A stretch of 64,000 bases of DNA. Origin: Candidatus Eiseniibacteriota bacterium (GTDB lineage: Bacteria; Eisenbacteria; RBG-16-71-46). The position numbers and the translations under genes are program-made. Where the stretch lies: contig JBBRLX010000001.1 of NCBI GenBank assembly GCA_038231135.1, positions 1 through 64,000 of the forward strand. Reading direction: 5' to 3'. Positions 1 through 10,545 of the stretch are shown piece by piece; positions within the stretch are counted from its first letter, which is position 1, and every line of letters starts with the position of its first letter. The notes under the pieces were generated by a model. It did no database searches. It saw only the letters and a program-made list of their open reading frames with translations, and was not told where the DNA came from.

Positions 1-330
1 CCGCCGCGTCATCCGGACCCCCGGCATCGCGAACGGCAAGCGCTCCACCCGCGTACCGCCGCAACACGCGATCCGCATGGGTCGCACCTCCAGGTACGTC
101 TCGGCGTCTCCGATCGAGCAGTCTCGCAGCCGGATCGATTCGGGTTCGGCAAACAGCCCGCTCGCGTGCCGCCGCCCGCAGTCCGGGCACTCGTGCTGGC
201 CGCTGCGCCGCTCGATCCGCACCACTTTCACCCGCCCCCGGCGCGGGTGCCGCTCGTAGGTCACCGCGACCACTTCGAACCCTTGCAACCCGAGATACGC
301 CGCGACAAGATCACCCGGCTCCTGGTTCAT
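1..330 (-). CDS. ISL3-family transposase, N-terminal part (truncated by window edge; absent from ORF track)
   Basis: Manual translation MNQEPGDLVAAYLGLQGFEVV...HECPDCGRRH...IRLRDCSIG...LEVRPMRIACCGGTRVERLPFAMPGVRMTRR shows the zf-ISL3 CPxCG/RD/ExLPF pattern; AGGAGGAG RBS upstream of ATG 330. Confidence 0.85.
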   Translation of the reverse strand, partial: MNQEPGDLVAAYLGLQGFEVVAVTYERHPRRGRVKVVRIERRSGQHECPDCGRRHASGLFAEPESIRLRDCSIGDAETYLEVRPMRIACCGGTRVERLPFAMPGVRMTRR

Positions 331-431
331 CCCGCTGACTCCTCCTTCTGGCAAGAAGAAGAGCCATGGATGAACCGGGGCGCTTACGCCGTCAACTCAG
401 GCGCGCGCTCCACGGAAATCTGAGAGGAGCC
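1..431 (-). mobile_element. ISL3-family insertion sequence, left end (continues beyond window start)
   Basis: Minus strand from 431 reads GGCTCCTCTCAGATTTCCGTGGAG, resembling ISL3-family ends; abuts a T-rich tract at 432-439; ISL3-type transposase N-terminus begins 100 bp inside. Confidence 0.75.
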
Positions 432-608
432 GTTTTTTTGTGCCCCGGCCGGTTCAGCCGGAGCACCAGCACGGCCAAGGATTCGATTCACGTGCGGGAA
501 TCGCCGTCGCGGCCGGCGCTGGGGCGCGTAATGTCGGGCGGGGTGGTGCAGACGGGCGACCGTTCCCGTGCGACGAGCTCCGGATTTCGACAGTGCCGCA
601 ACGAACGA

Positions 609-634
609 AGCCCCGCGGATCGCTCCGCGGGGCT
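609..634 (-). terminator. Probable intrinsic terminator of the OmpA-family gene
   Basis: AGCCCCGCGGA-TCGC-TCCGCGGGGCT 11-bp stem followed on the minus strand by TTCGTTCGTT. Confidence 0.6.
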
Positions 635-680
635 CCGTCATTTACCTGCACGCCGTTCGTGGCGGGCAGACGTGCGCCGT

Positions 681-2222
681 CTACTCGCCCTTCTGCAGCG
701 TGCGCCGGCGCTCGCGCTCCTTCTTCAACTCCTCCTGGTTCAGCACCTTGAACTCCACGCGGCGATTGAGCGCCATGCCCGCGGCGGTCTTGTTGGTCGC
801 CACCGGGACGCCCTCGCCGTAGCCCTTCGCCGTGTACTGATCGTGCGTGATCTGGGGGAACTTGGCCACCAGGTACTCGAGCACGGCATTCGCCCGCTTG
901 CCCGACAGGTCGAGGTTGTAGGCGTCGGAACCGCGCGCATCCGCGTGGCCGCCGATCTCGATCCGCAGCCGCGGCCACTGGATCAGCGTGTGGCCGATGT
1001 CGTCGAGCACCGCGTTCGATTCGGGCAGGATGTCCCACTTGGCGGTTTCGAAATGAATGTTGCGCTCGGTGATGGTGCCCTTGTCGAGCAGCTGGGTTTC
1101 GCGCTCGGTGAGCGTGATCGGACAGCCGTCCTTGTCCACCTTGGCGTTCGCCGGGGTGAACGGACACAGGTCGCGATCGTCGGGCACGCCGTCGTTGTCG
1201 GAGTCGACGACCAGCGTGCAACCGCGCGCGTCCACCTTGGTGTTGGCGGGCGTGTCGGCGCACTGGTCGATGCCGTCGGGCACGCCGTCACCGTCCGAGT
1301 CCTTGGGGCAGCCCGTCGCATCCACCACGGCGCCGTGCGGCGTGTCGGCGCACTTGTCGATGCCGTCGAACACGCCGTCGCCGTCGGTATCCGTCGGGCA
1401 GCCGTGGGCGTCGACCGTCGCGCCCGTGGGGGTGTTCGGGCAGGTATCGATGCCGTCCGCCACGCCGTCGTTATCGGAGTCGATCGGGCAACCGTTCAAG
1501 TCCACCCGTGCGCCGGCGGGGGTTCCCGGGCATTTGTCCTTGCGGTCGGGGACGCCGTCCATGTCGGCATCCGCGACCTTCTTGCCGGCGGTCGTGCCGC
1601 CGAGGCCGATCTCGATGCCGGCGGTATAGAACTGGTTGTCGGTGCCGTCATGGCCCGCGGGCGGCGGCGTCCCGACCGGGAACTTCCACAGCGCGTCGCG
1701 GAACTCCGCGCGGGCCGCGATCCGGTTCGTGAGCCGGATCTTCACACCGCCGCCGAACTCCAGGCCATTCTGATAGCGATGATTGGCCACCGAGTCCTTG
1801 TCGGCGAAGTCGAGCTGCGCCTCCTGCCAGCCGGCCGCGACGTACGGGTCGAACCAGGCCGAGGGCCGCAGATTCACCACGAGCTGGCCACCGTAGTGCA
1901 GCACGTCCACGTCGTGACGCACCGCTCCCGTGAGCACCGGCTGGGCGTAGGTGGTGAAGCCGTTCACGGTCTTGGTGGAGCTGGTCCCAATGTGGCCCTC
2001 GATGCCGACATAGCGGTGGAACATAAGGCCGACGTTGACGCCGAAGAACGGGTCGTCTTCGATATTGACGTTCTTGGCGAAGTTACCGAATCCGGCCCAC
2101 GGGAACACGGTGACACTCACGCCATTCACCGCGGCGGATGCCGCGGGAACGCGGGCAGCGCCCGAAAATCCACATACCAGCGCGACGAGTACGAACGGCC
2201 AGCTTCTCCAGCCTTGCGACAT
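681..2222 (-). CDS. OmpA-family outer membrane protein with five thrombospondin type-3-like repeats
   Basis: Signal peptide, beta-barrel region, five DxDxDGVxDxxDxC..TP....VDxxGC repeats, C-terminal OmpA domain (GHADARGSDAYNLDLSGKRA, NRRVEF). Confidence 0.92.
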   Translation of the reverse strand: MSQGWRSWPFVLVALVCGFSGAARVPAASAAVNGVSVTVFPWAGFGNFAKNVNIEDDPFFGVNVGLMFHRYVGIEGHIGTSSTKTVNGFTTYAQPVLTGAVRHDVDVLHYGGQLVVNLRPSAWFDPYVAAGWQEAQLDFADKDSVANHRYQNGLEFGGGVKIRLTNRIAARAEFRDALWKFPVGTPPPAGHDGTDNQFYTAGIEIGLGGTTAGKKVADADMDGVPDRKDKCPGTPAGARVDLNGCPIDSDNDGVADGIDTCPNTPTGATVDAHGCPTDTDGDGVFDGIDKCADTPHGAVVDATGCPKDSDGDGVPDGIDQCADTPANTKVDARGCTLVVDSDNDGVPDDRDLCPFTPANAKVDKDGCPITLTERETQLLDKGTITERNIHFETAKWDILPESNAVLDDIGHTLIQWPRLRIEIGGHADARGSDAYNLDLSGKRANAVLEYLVAKFPQITHDQYTAKGYGEGVPVATNKTAAGMALNRRVEFKVLNQEELKKERERRRTLQKGE

Positions 2223-2369
2223 GAGCCCTCCCGGACATCGATGGGCGCGGTCGTTCGTAGCTCAGGAGCCGGAAGGCTTCCGTCCTGACAAGGGTGTGAG
2301 TCCTGGGGTCGGCCACACCAAAACGACGCTCGCGTCCATGGTTACTACGCACCTCGTTTGGGCGACGAA

Positions 2370-2384
2370 GCATCGACCATGCCA
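2370..2384 (-). promoter_or_regulatory. Possible sigma54 (-24/-12) promoter for the OmpA-family gene
   Basis: Minus strand TGGCATGGTCGATGC: GG-N10-GC spacing, close to TGGCAC-N5-TTGC, ~150 bp upstream of the start. Confidence 0.4.
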
Positions 2385-2616
2385 CTGGCGGCTCGTTCAT
2401 GAACCATTCAGTATTCCACGTCGCGGCGCGATTCGAAGCCGAAGTGCCCACGAGACATGGCTCCCGCGCTCTCGTCCCGCGGAACAATCTGCGCGCGGAT
2501 GCACGTTTCACCCGCGGGGTGGCGCCAACGCGGCCCGCTTTTACTTCATCCCGCGCGTGCGTACACTCGCGTTCCTTCCAGCCTGCGCCAGTTTCCGTCG
2601 ATCCACCGGAGGTTTC

Positions 2617-4356
2617 GTGTCCCCACGCCGAGGCGTGTTCCTGTTCATCCTGCTGATGACGGTGCTGGGCGGCACCGTGCTGTTCGCGGCGCTCAGACTG
2701 CGCGGCCCGGCCGCCCCGTCGGGCTCGGGCACGCTGCTGGTGTTCGACCTGCCGTCCGAGCTCGAAGAGGGCGACTTTCCGATGCGCTCGCTGTTCGATT
2801 TCGGGCGCCGGGATCCGTACCTGGTGCACGAGATCGTGGCCGGGCTCGACCGCGCCGCCAGGGACCGCGACGTGCGCGGGCTCGTGCTCCACGTCGACCA
2901 GCTCGACTGGGGGTGGGCGAAGGCGTTCGAGATCCGCGACGCGATCCAGCGCTTCCACGACGCCGGCAAGCCGGTCTACGCCTCGATCGTCGACGGCGGC
3001 GAGCTGGAATACCTGGTGGCGTCCTGCGCGGACGTGATCGCGATGCCGCCCACCGCGGTGCTCCAGCTCGACGGCCTCACCGAGTCGGCGATGTTCCTCA
3101 AGGGCGCGCTCGACAAGCTGCAGGTGTCGCCGAACTACGCGCAGGCGGGCATGTACAAGTCGGCGGTCGAGCAGTACACGCGCGGCGGCATGTCGCCGCC
3201 GGCCCGCGAGGCGATGAACGCATTGCTCGAGACCCAGTACGGACTGCTGGTCGACAGCCTGGCCACCGCGCGCGGCTTCGAACCCAAAGACGTGAAGCAA
3301 CTGCTCGATGCCGGCCCGTACACCGCAGACGACGCGAAGTCCTCCGGTCTGGTGGACACGCTGCTCTACGACGCCGAGGTGGATTCTCTGGCGCTCGACG
3401 ACCAGACCGAGGATGTGGCGACGACGACGTTCGCGAGCTACCTCGAGCACCACCCGCGGCCCCACGGCGGCTCCCGCATCGCGCTGATCACGGCGTCCGG
3501 CACGATCATGCCTGGCAAGAGCCGTGATGTTCCGGGCCAGGAAGCCGTCATGGGCTCGGAGACGATGATCGAGGCGCTGCGTGAAGCGCGCACCAAGAGC
3601 GCGATCAAGGCGGTCGTGCTGCGCATCGACAGCCCCGGGGGGTCTGTCCAGGCCTCGGACGACATCTGGCGCGAGGTGAAGCGGCTGAGCGACGAGAAGC
3701 CGCTGATCGTGAGCATGTCGGATCTCGCGGCTTCGGGCGGCTACTACATCGCGGCGCCGGCGCGGCGCATCGTCGCGCAGCCCGCGACGCTCACCGGCTC
3801 GATCGGTGTGTTCGGCGGCAAGCTCAACGTGCTCGGTTTGTTCCAGAAGCTCGGCGTCAACGTGGAGACCCTGTCACGGGGCAAGCACGCGGGCATGATG
3901 TCGCCGTACCGCGACTTCACTCCGGAGGAGCGAACGCTCTACCAGCAGCAGATCGACACGTCCTATCGGCTGTTCCTGAAGCGCGTCGTCGACGGTCGCG
4001 GGCTCACGCTCGAGGAGGCGGACTCGGTGGCGCAAGGACGCGTCTGGAGCGGGGCGGATGCGTGGGAGCTCGGGCTCGTCGACACGCTCGGCGGCCTCGA
4101 GACCGCGTTGTCGATAGCGTGCGCGGACGCCGGCCTCGGCCGCGCCGATCGCGTGTCGATCGAGACGCTGCCGAAGGTCGATCACCACTGGTACGAAGGG
4201 CTGTTCCAGGACCTGTTCGACACCAACGATTCGTCGGACTCGCGCGCTGCGGCGCGCGTTCTACTGTCGCCGGTCATGAAGGCGTGGCTGACGGCCTCGC
4301 GCATGCAATCGGGCATGATGTTCGCGCTGATGCCGTGGAGCATCGAGTTCCACTGA
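2617..4356 (+). CDS. sppA: Signal peptide peptidase SppA (protease IV, 67K type, S49)
   Basis: GTG 2617 after GGAGG; N-terminal TM; YKSA, LRIDSPGGS, AASGGYYIA, TGSIGV, QGRVWSG motifs. Confidence 0.93.
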   Translation: MSPRRGVFLFILLMTVLGGTVLFAALRLRGPAAPSGSGTLLVFDLPSELEEGDFPMRSLFDFGRRDPYLVHEIVAGLDRAARDRDVRGLVLHVDQLDWGWAKAFEIRDAIQRFHDAGKPVYASIVDGGELEYLVASCADVIAMPPTAVLQLDGLTESAMFLKGALDKLQVSPNYAQAGMYKSAVEQYTRGGMSPPAREAMNALLETQYGLLVDSLATARGFEPKDVKQLLDAGPYTADDAKSSGLVDTLLYDAEVDSLALDDQTEDVATTTFASYLEHHPRPHGGSRIALITASGTIMPGKSRDVPGQEAVMGSETMIEALREARTKSAIKAVVLRIDSPGGSVQASDDIWREVKRLSDEKPLIVSMSDLAASGGYYIAAPARRIVAQPATLTGSIGVFGGKLNVLGLFQKLGVNVETLSRGKHAGMMSPYRDFTPEERTLYQQQIDTSYRLFLKRVVDGRGLTLEEADSVAQGRVWSGADAWELGLVDTLGGLETALSIACADAGLGRADRVSIETLPKVDHHWYEGLFQDLFDTNDSSDSRAAARVLLSPVMKAWLTASRMQSGMMFALMPWSIEFH

Positions 4357-4371
4357 CGCCGTTCGGGCGCG

Positions 4372-4803
4372 CTACTTCTTGCCTGCGAACGTATGGATGT
4401 AGGCGATCAGGTGCTCGATCTCGGCGGGTTTGACGCCCTGCTTGCTCCACGTCGGCATGCCGGACTTGGGCTTGCCGTTCGTGATGCAGTCGCGCAGATA
4501 CGCGTCGTCGTGCTTGCCGTCGGTCATCCGCTTGTTGTCGCGCCAGTCGGGTGTGGCGTTGCCCGTGAGCTTGACCCCGCCGCTGCCGTTCACCTTGTGG
4601 CAGGCGACGCAGCGCACCGTGAAGATCTTCTTGCCGATCGCGGCGTTGCCGGTGGGAGCCGGCTTGACGCTGTCGGCAGCCGCGGATGTGGCGGCCGGCG
4701 CCGGCGCCGCGGTGTTGTCGGCGAACGCCGTGACGGCGGCCCACACGGTCGCGATCCCCAACGACAGCCACACCAGCATCCGGACTCGATTGCGCTGCGG
4801 CAT
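4372..4803 (-). CDS. Exported monoheme c-type cytochrome
   Basis: Signal peptide, CVACH heme motif, distal MP; GGAG RBS before ATG 4803. Confidence 0.88.
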   Translation of the reverse strand: MPQRNRVRMLVWLSLGIATVWAAVTAFADNTAAPAPAATSAAADSVKPAPTGNAAIGKKIFTVRCVACHKVNGSGGVKLTGNATPDWRDNKRMTDGKHDDAYLRDCITNGKPKSGMPTWSKQGVKPAEIEHLIAYIHTFAGKK

Positions 4804-5219
4804 GTTCGGAACTCCCATGCGTTGGAGGCGTACGGCGTGGCGTCGGAGCGGCAGGCAGCGGGGCCGCAGCCAGAGCCAACCATGCAAAAGTCTAGGAGGT
4901 ACGTTCGAACCCGGTCAATCGGGCGGCGATTACGCCGGGGACCGTCTAGCCGCCAGCTTCGTTCCGCACACTGCATTGGATGATCGGACACATGCGGTGA
5001 CGCGGCCGGAGAATGCAACGTCGAGAGTTTCGACGCCGTGGCGCCGGGGCTTGACCGGTGTTTTGACAGCGTGTTAGCGTCCGATCTTGCAGAGGTTTAG
5101 GTCGCATCGGGCGTATCGGCCGCGATTCCTCGACCCGCCGCGCGCCAGTGAACGTATTACCCACCCGCGTTTTACAGGCAGCGTCGGCATCACCATCCCG
5201 TCTACCGGGGAGGTGCGTC

Positions 5220-7319
5220 TTGAAGGAATTCACCACCGATCAGATTCGCAACGTCGCGCTCGTCGCCCACCACGGGGTGGGCAAGACCACCCTCTCCGAA
5301 GCCATGCTGTACCTGGCCAAGGCCACCACGCGCCTCGGCCGCATCGCCGATGGCACCACGCTGCTCGACCACGCTCCGGACGAGATCCAGCGCCAGATCA
5401 CGATCAACCTGGGACTCGCCCAGTTCGAGTGGCAGGGTCACAAGATCAACCTGATCGACACCCCGGGTTACGCGGACTTCGTCGGCGACGTGCACAGCGC
5501 GCTGCGCGTGGCGGACTGCGCGATCCTGCTGCTGCGCGCCAATGCCGGCGTCGAGGTGGGCACCGAGGTGGTGTGGGAGATCGTGAAGCAGGACCGCACC
5601 CCCACCCTGATCGTCGTGAACATGATGGACAAGGAGCACGCGGACTTCATGGGCGCGCTGCGCTCGGTGCCGGACCGGCTTGGGATCAACGTCGTCGCGA
5701 CGCAGTTGCCGATCGGCCAGGCCGAGACGTTCCACGGCATCGTCGACCTGATCGAGAACAAGGCCTACACGTTCTCGGGCAAGGGCATGGAGGAGAAAAG
5801 CTCCGAGGTGCCGATCCCCAAGGAACTCGAGGTCGAGGCGGCCACGGCGCGCGCGCGGCTGCTCGAAGAGGCCGCCACCGGCGACGAGACGCTGATGGAG
5901 AAGTTCCTGACCACCGGTGACCTGACCGTGCCCGAGATCCGTCGCGGGCTGTGCGAGCGCGTGGTGATGGGCGACCTGGTGCCGGCGTTCTGCTGTTCGG
6001 CCTACAACAATCACGGCGTGAAGGAGGTGCTCGACGAGGTCGTCGACGTGCTGCCATCGCCGCTCGACGTGAAGCCGCAGGTGGGCGCGCTCGAGGGTGA
6101 CAGGACCGTGGAGTGCAAGCCCGCGGCGTCCGAGCCCGCCGCGGCGCTGGTGTTCAAGACGCTGTCCGAGCAGCATCTCGGCGACCTGTCGCTGATCCGG
6201 CTGTTCTCGGGGCACCTCGAGCCCGGGCGTGATCTGCTGAACACCGCGCGCAATCGCAGCGAGAAGCTCGGGGCGCTCTACAACCTGATCGGCAAGGAGC
6301 GCGTGGAGTGCAAGTCGGTGAGTGCCGGCGACATCGTGGCCGCGGTCAAGCTCAAGGAGACGCACACCGGCGACACGCTGGCCGACAAGTCGCGCCCGGT
6401 GAAGCTCGAGCTGCCGATCTTCCCGAACCCCGTGACCGCCGAGTGCGTGCGTGCGAAGAACAAGGGCGACGAGGAGAAGATGGTGCAGGGGCTGGCGCGG
6501 TTGCACGAGGAGGACCCGACGTTCGGTCGCCACTACGAGACCAGCACCAAGGAGTCGCTGATCCACGGCATGGGCGACCTGCAGCTCGAGATCGCCGTCG
6601 ACCGGCTGAAGAAGCGGTTCGGCGTCGAGGTGGTGCTGTCGAAGCCGCACGTGCCCTATCGCGAGACGATCCGCGGCAAGGCCCAGGGCGAGTACCGCCA
6701 CAAGAAGCAGACCGGCGGCCGCGGGCAGTTCGGCGAGGTGCACCTGCGGCTCGAGCCGCTGCCGCGCGGCGAGGGCTTCAAGTTCCTCGACGAGGTCAAG
6801 GGTGGCGTGGTGCCCAACCAGTTCATTCCGGCGGTCGAGAAGGGTGTGGTCGCGGGCATGGAGCGCGGGCCGCTCGCAGGCTACCCGGTGGTGGATGTCG
6901 CGACCGCGCTGTTCTTCGGCAAGTATCACGACGTGGACTCGTCCGAAATGGCGTTCAAGATCGCCGGCGAGTCGTGCTTCCACCAGGTGATGCTCGACGC
7001 CCGCCCGGTGCTGCTCGAGCCGATCGAGTTGATCACGGTGCGCGTGCCCGAGGAGTTCCTCGGCGACGTCATGGGCGACATGTCGTCGCGCCGCGGCAAG
7101 ATTCTCGGCACCGAGGCCGACGGCCACTACCAGGTGATCAACGCCCAGGCGCCGCAGGCCGAAACCTACAAGTACGCCACGCATCTGCGCTCGCTCACCC
7201 AGGGGCGCGGCAGTCACGCCGCGAAGTTCTCCCACTACGAAGAGGTGCCGCGCGAGATCGCCGACAAGGTGATCGCCGCCGCACGCGCCGAGAAGGAGGC
7301 CGGAGCGCACGCGGGTTGA
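5220..7319 (+). CDS. fusA: Elongation factor G paralogue (EF-G2 type)
   Basis: TTG 5220 after GGGGAGG; AHHGVGKTT, DTPGYADF, HKKQTGGRGQFG, YHDVDSSEMAFK, LRSLTQGRG; not in the str operon and with non-canonical G motifs. Confidence 0.9.
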   Translation: MKEFTTDQIRNVALVAHHGVGKTTLSEAMLYLAKATTRLGRIADGTTLLDHAPDEIQRQITINLGLAQFEWQGHKINLIDTPGYADFVGDVHSALRVADCAILLLRANAGVEVGTEVVWEIVKQDRTPTLIVVNMMDKEHADFMGALRSVPDRLGINVVATQLPIGQAETFHGIVDLIENKAYTFSGKGMEEKSSEVPIPKELEVEAATARARLLEEAATGDETLMEKFLTTGDLTVPEIRRGLCERVVMGDLVPAFCCSAYNNHGVKEVLDEVVDVLPSPLDVKPQVGALEGDRTVECKPAASEPAAALVFKTLSEQHLGDLSLIRLFSGHLEPGRDLLNTARNRSEKLGALYNLIGKERVECKSVSAGDIVAAVKLKETHTGDTLADKSRPVKLELPIFPNPVTAECVRAKNKGDEEKMVQGLARLHEEDPTFGRHYETSTKESLIHGMGDLQLEIAVDRLKKRFGVEVVLSKPHVPYRETIRGKAQGEYRHKKQTGGRGQFGEVHLRLEPLPRGEGFKFLDEVKGGVVPNQFIPAVEKGVVAGMERGPLAGYPVVDVATALFFGKYHDVDSSEMAFKIAGESCFHQVMLDARPVLLEPIELITVRVPEEFLGDVMGDMSSRRGKILGTEADGHYQVINAQAPQAETYKYATHLRSLTQGRGSHAAKFSHYEEVPREIADKVIAAARAEKEAGAHAG

Positions 7320-7343
7320 CGCCGCGTACGGTTCGGAGAACAC

Positions 7344-8093
7344 ATGTCGGGTCATTCCAAATGGGCGACGATCAAGCGCAAGAAGGCCGCGACCGATCAG
7401 GCCCGCGGCAAGCTGTTCTCCAAGTACATCAAGGAGATCACGATCGCGGCGCGCCACGGGGGTGACCTCGAGACGAATCCACGCCTGCGCACCGCGATCG
7501 CCACGGCCAAGGCGGTGAACATGCCGGCCGCCAACATCGAGCGCGCGGTGAAGCGCGGCTCGGGCGAGATCGACGGCGTGAGCTACGAGGAAGGCCAGTA
7601 CGAGGGCTATGCGCCCGGCGGCGTGGCGCTGCTCGTCGACGTGGCGACCGACAACAAGAACCGCACCGCGGGCGACATCCGCCACACGTTCACCAAGTTC
7701 GGCGGCGCCCTCGCCGAGGCGGGCGCCGTGTCGTACATGTTCAAGCTGCGCGGCGTGATCCAGGTGGACAAGGCCGCGATCGCCGAGGACGCTCTGATGG
7801 AGCTGGCGCTCGACGCCGGTGCCGACGACGTGAACACCGAGGGCGACGCGTACGAGATCCTCACGCCGCCCAATCTGCTGGAACCGGTCAAGGACGCGCT
7901 CGCGGCGAAGGGAGTCCAGGCCCAGAACGCCGAGCTGACAAAGGTCTCATCGACGCACGTGCCGCTCGACGAGTCGGGCGCGGCGTCGGTGTTGCGGCTG
8001 ATCGAAGCGCTCGAGGACCACGACGACGTGCAGAAGGTATATTCCAACTTCAGCGTGTCGGACGAGATCCTCGCGAAACTCGCCGCACGGTAG
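7344..8093 (+). CDS. yebC: YebC/PmpR family protein
   Basis: MSGHSKWATIKRKK start, YEGYAPGG, TDNKNRT, LEDHDDVQKVYSN; precedes ruvCAB. Confidence 0.96.
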   Translation: MSGHSKWATIKRKKAATDQARGKLFSKYIKEITIAARHGGDLETNPRLRTAIATAKAVNMPAANIERAVKRGSGEIDGVSYEEGQYEGYAPGGVALLVDVATDNKNRTAGDIRHTFTKFGGALAEAGAVSYMFKLRGVIQVDKAAIAEDALMELALDAGADDVNTEGDAYEILTPPNLLEPVKDALAAKGVQAQNAELTKVSSTHVPLDESGAASVLRLIEALEDHDDVQKVYSNFSVSDEILAKLAAR

Positions 8094-8103
8094 GACTGCT
8101 GCC

Positions 8104-8679
8104 ATGCGCGTGCTCGGCATCGATCCCGGCAGCCGCCGCACCGGCTGGGGCGTGATCGAGCGCACCGGCAACCGTTACCGTGTGCTGGCGTTCGGCCAGG
8201 CGTGCGCGCCGGCCACGCTCGACCTGCCGCAGCGGCTGCATCGCATCACCAGCGAGGTGGCCCTGGTGATGGACGAGCACACGCCCGACTGCGTGGCGGT
8301 CGAAGAGGCGTTCTACCACGAAAGCGTCCGCTCGACGCTGGTGCTCGGCCACGTGCGGGGCGCGCTGCTGGTGGCGGCGGTCGGCCGCGGCTTCGCCGTC
8401 GCCGAATACAGTCCGCGGGCGATCAAGCTGGCGGTCGCGGGCTCGGGCGCGGCGGCCAAGGAACAGGTGGCGTTCATGATCCGCCGGCTGCTCGAGGTGA
8501 AGGGCGCGCTGTCCGCGGACGCGTCGGACGGCCTCGCGGTGGCGCTGTGCCACCTGCATCGCGCCGGCGCGCCGGCGCCACGCATCCGCAGGTCCGGCCT
8601 CGACACCGCCGGCGTGCGCCCGCGCACCGCGGCATCGCACCGGCTGCTCGAGCTGCTGGCCCGCAAGGCGCGCGCATGA
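8104..8679 (+). CDS. ruvC: Holliday junction resolvase RuvC
   Basis: VLGIDPGS, VAVEEAF, EYSPRAIK, DASDGLAVALCH. Confidence 0.96.
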   Translation: MRVLGIDPGSRRTGWGVIERTGNRYRVLAFGQACAPATLDLPQRLHRITSEVALVMDEHTPDCVAVEEAFYHESVRSTLVLGHVRGALLVAAVGRGFAVAEYSPRAIKLAVAGSGAAAKEQVAFMIRRLLEVKGALSADASDGLAVALCHLHRAGAPAPRIRRSGLDTAGVRPRTAASHRLLELLARKARA

Positions 8680-9305
8680 TCGCCTCGCTGCGGGGCACGC
8701 TGATCGAGGCCGGCACCGGCACGTGCGTGGTCGAGGCGGCGGGGGTGGGCTACCTGGTGAGCGTGTCGAGCCACACCGCGCGCGGGCTGCCCGAGCGCGG
8801 CCGCGAGGTGTTCCTGCGCACCCGCCAGGTGGTGCGCGAGGACGCGCTCATGCTGTTCGGGTTCGCCGACGTGGAGGAGTTGCGGCTGTTCGACCTGATG
8901 ATCGGCGTGAGCGGCGTGGGACCGCGGCTCGCGCTGGCGGTGCTGTCGGGCATGAAGCCGCAGGCGCTGGCCCGCGCCATCCGCGATGAGAACCTGGGCG
9001 CGCTGGTCGCGGTGCCCGGCATCGGCCGCAAGACCGCCGAGCGGCTGGTGGTGGAACTTCGCGACAAGCTCGACGCGATCCCCGCCTCCCCGGCGACGGC
9101 CGGAGCGCCCGACGCCGGCACGGGCGTGCTGCCGCGCGCCGAGCGGTACGAAGATGCCATCGCGGCGCTGGTGCGGCTCGGGTACACTCCAGCCCAGGCT
9201 CAGGACGTGGTACGGACGGTGGCCACCGGCAACGGGGAGCTGTCGCTCGAGGATCTGGTGAGGCGCGCGCTGGCGCTGTTGAGCAAGCCGGTGGCCGCGC
9301 GCTGA
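8676..9305 (+). CDS. ruvA: Holliday junction branch migration protein RuvA
   Basis: [44 protein letters not shown] overlap with ruvC. Confidence 0.96.
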   Translation: MIASLRGTLIEAGTGTCVVEAAGVGYLVSVSSHTARGLPERGREVFLRTRQVVREDALMLFGFADVEELRLFDLMIGVSGVGPRLALAVLSGMKPQALARAIRDENLGALVAVPGIGRKTAERLVVELRDKLDAIPASPATAGAPDAGTGVLPRAERYEDAIAALVRLGYTPAQAQDVVRTVATGNGELSLEDLVRRALALLSKPVAAR

Positions 9306-9367
9306 CTCATACACGAACACCGGGCGCCGGGCACACGGACGGCCGATTCATCGCGCGAGGACAATCC

Positions 9368-10513
<1,146 letters not shown>

Positions 10514-10545
10514 GCGCCCCCGGCAGCGACGCGGCGCGAGAGCCG

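Noticed and set aside
1100..1575. Regularly spaced ~87-bp DNA repeats that could suggest a CRISPR array
   Set aside because: They are the coding TSP3-like repeats of the OmpA-family protein; no repeat-spacer structure or cas genes.
366..2288. Long antisense and alternate-frame ORFs (e.g. 366-2288 +, 5202-7685 -, 21730-23790 +, 34521-36683 -)
   Set aside because: Shadows of well-supported genes in GC-rich DNA; no motifs of their own.
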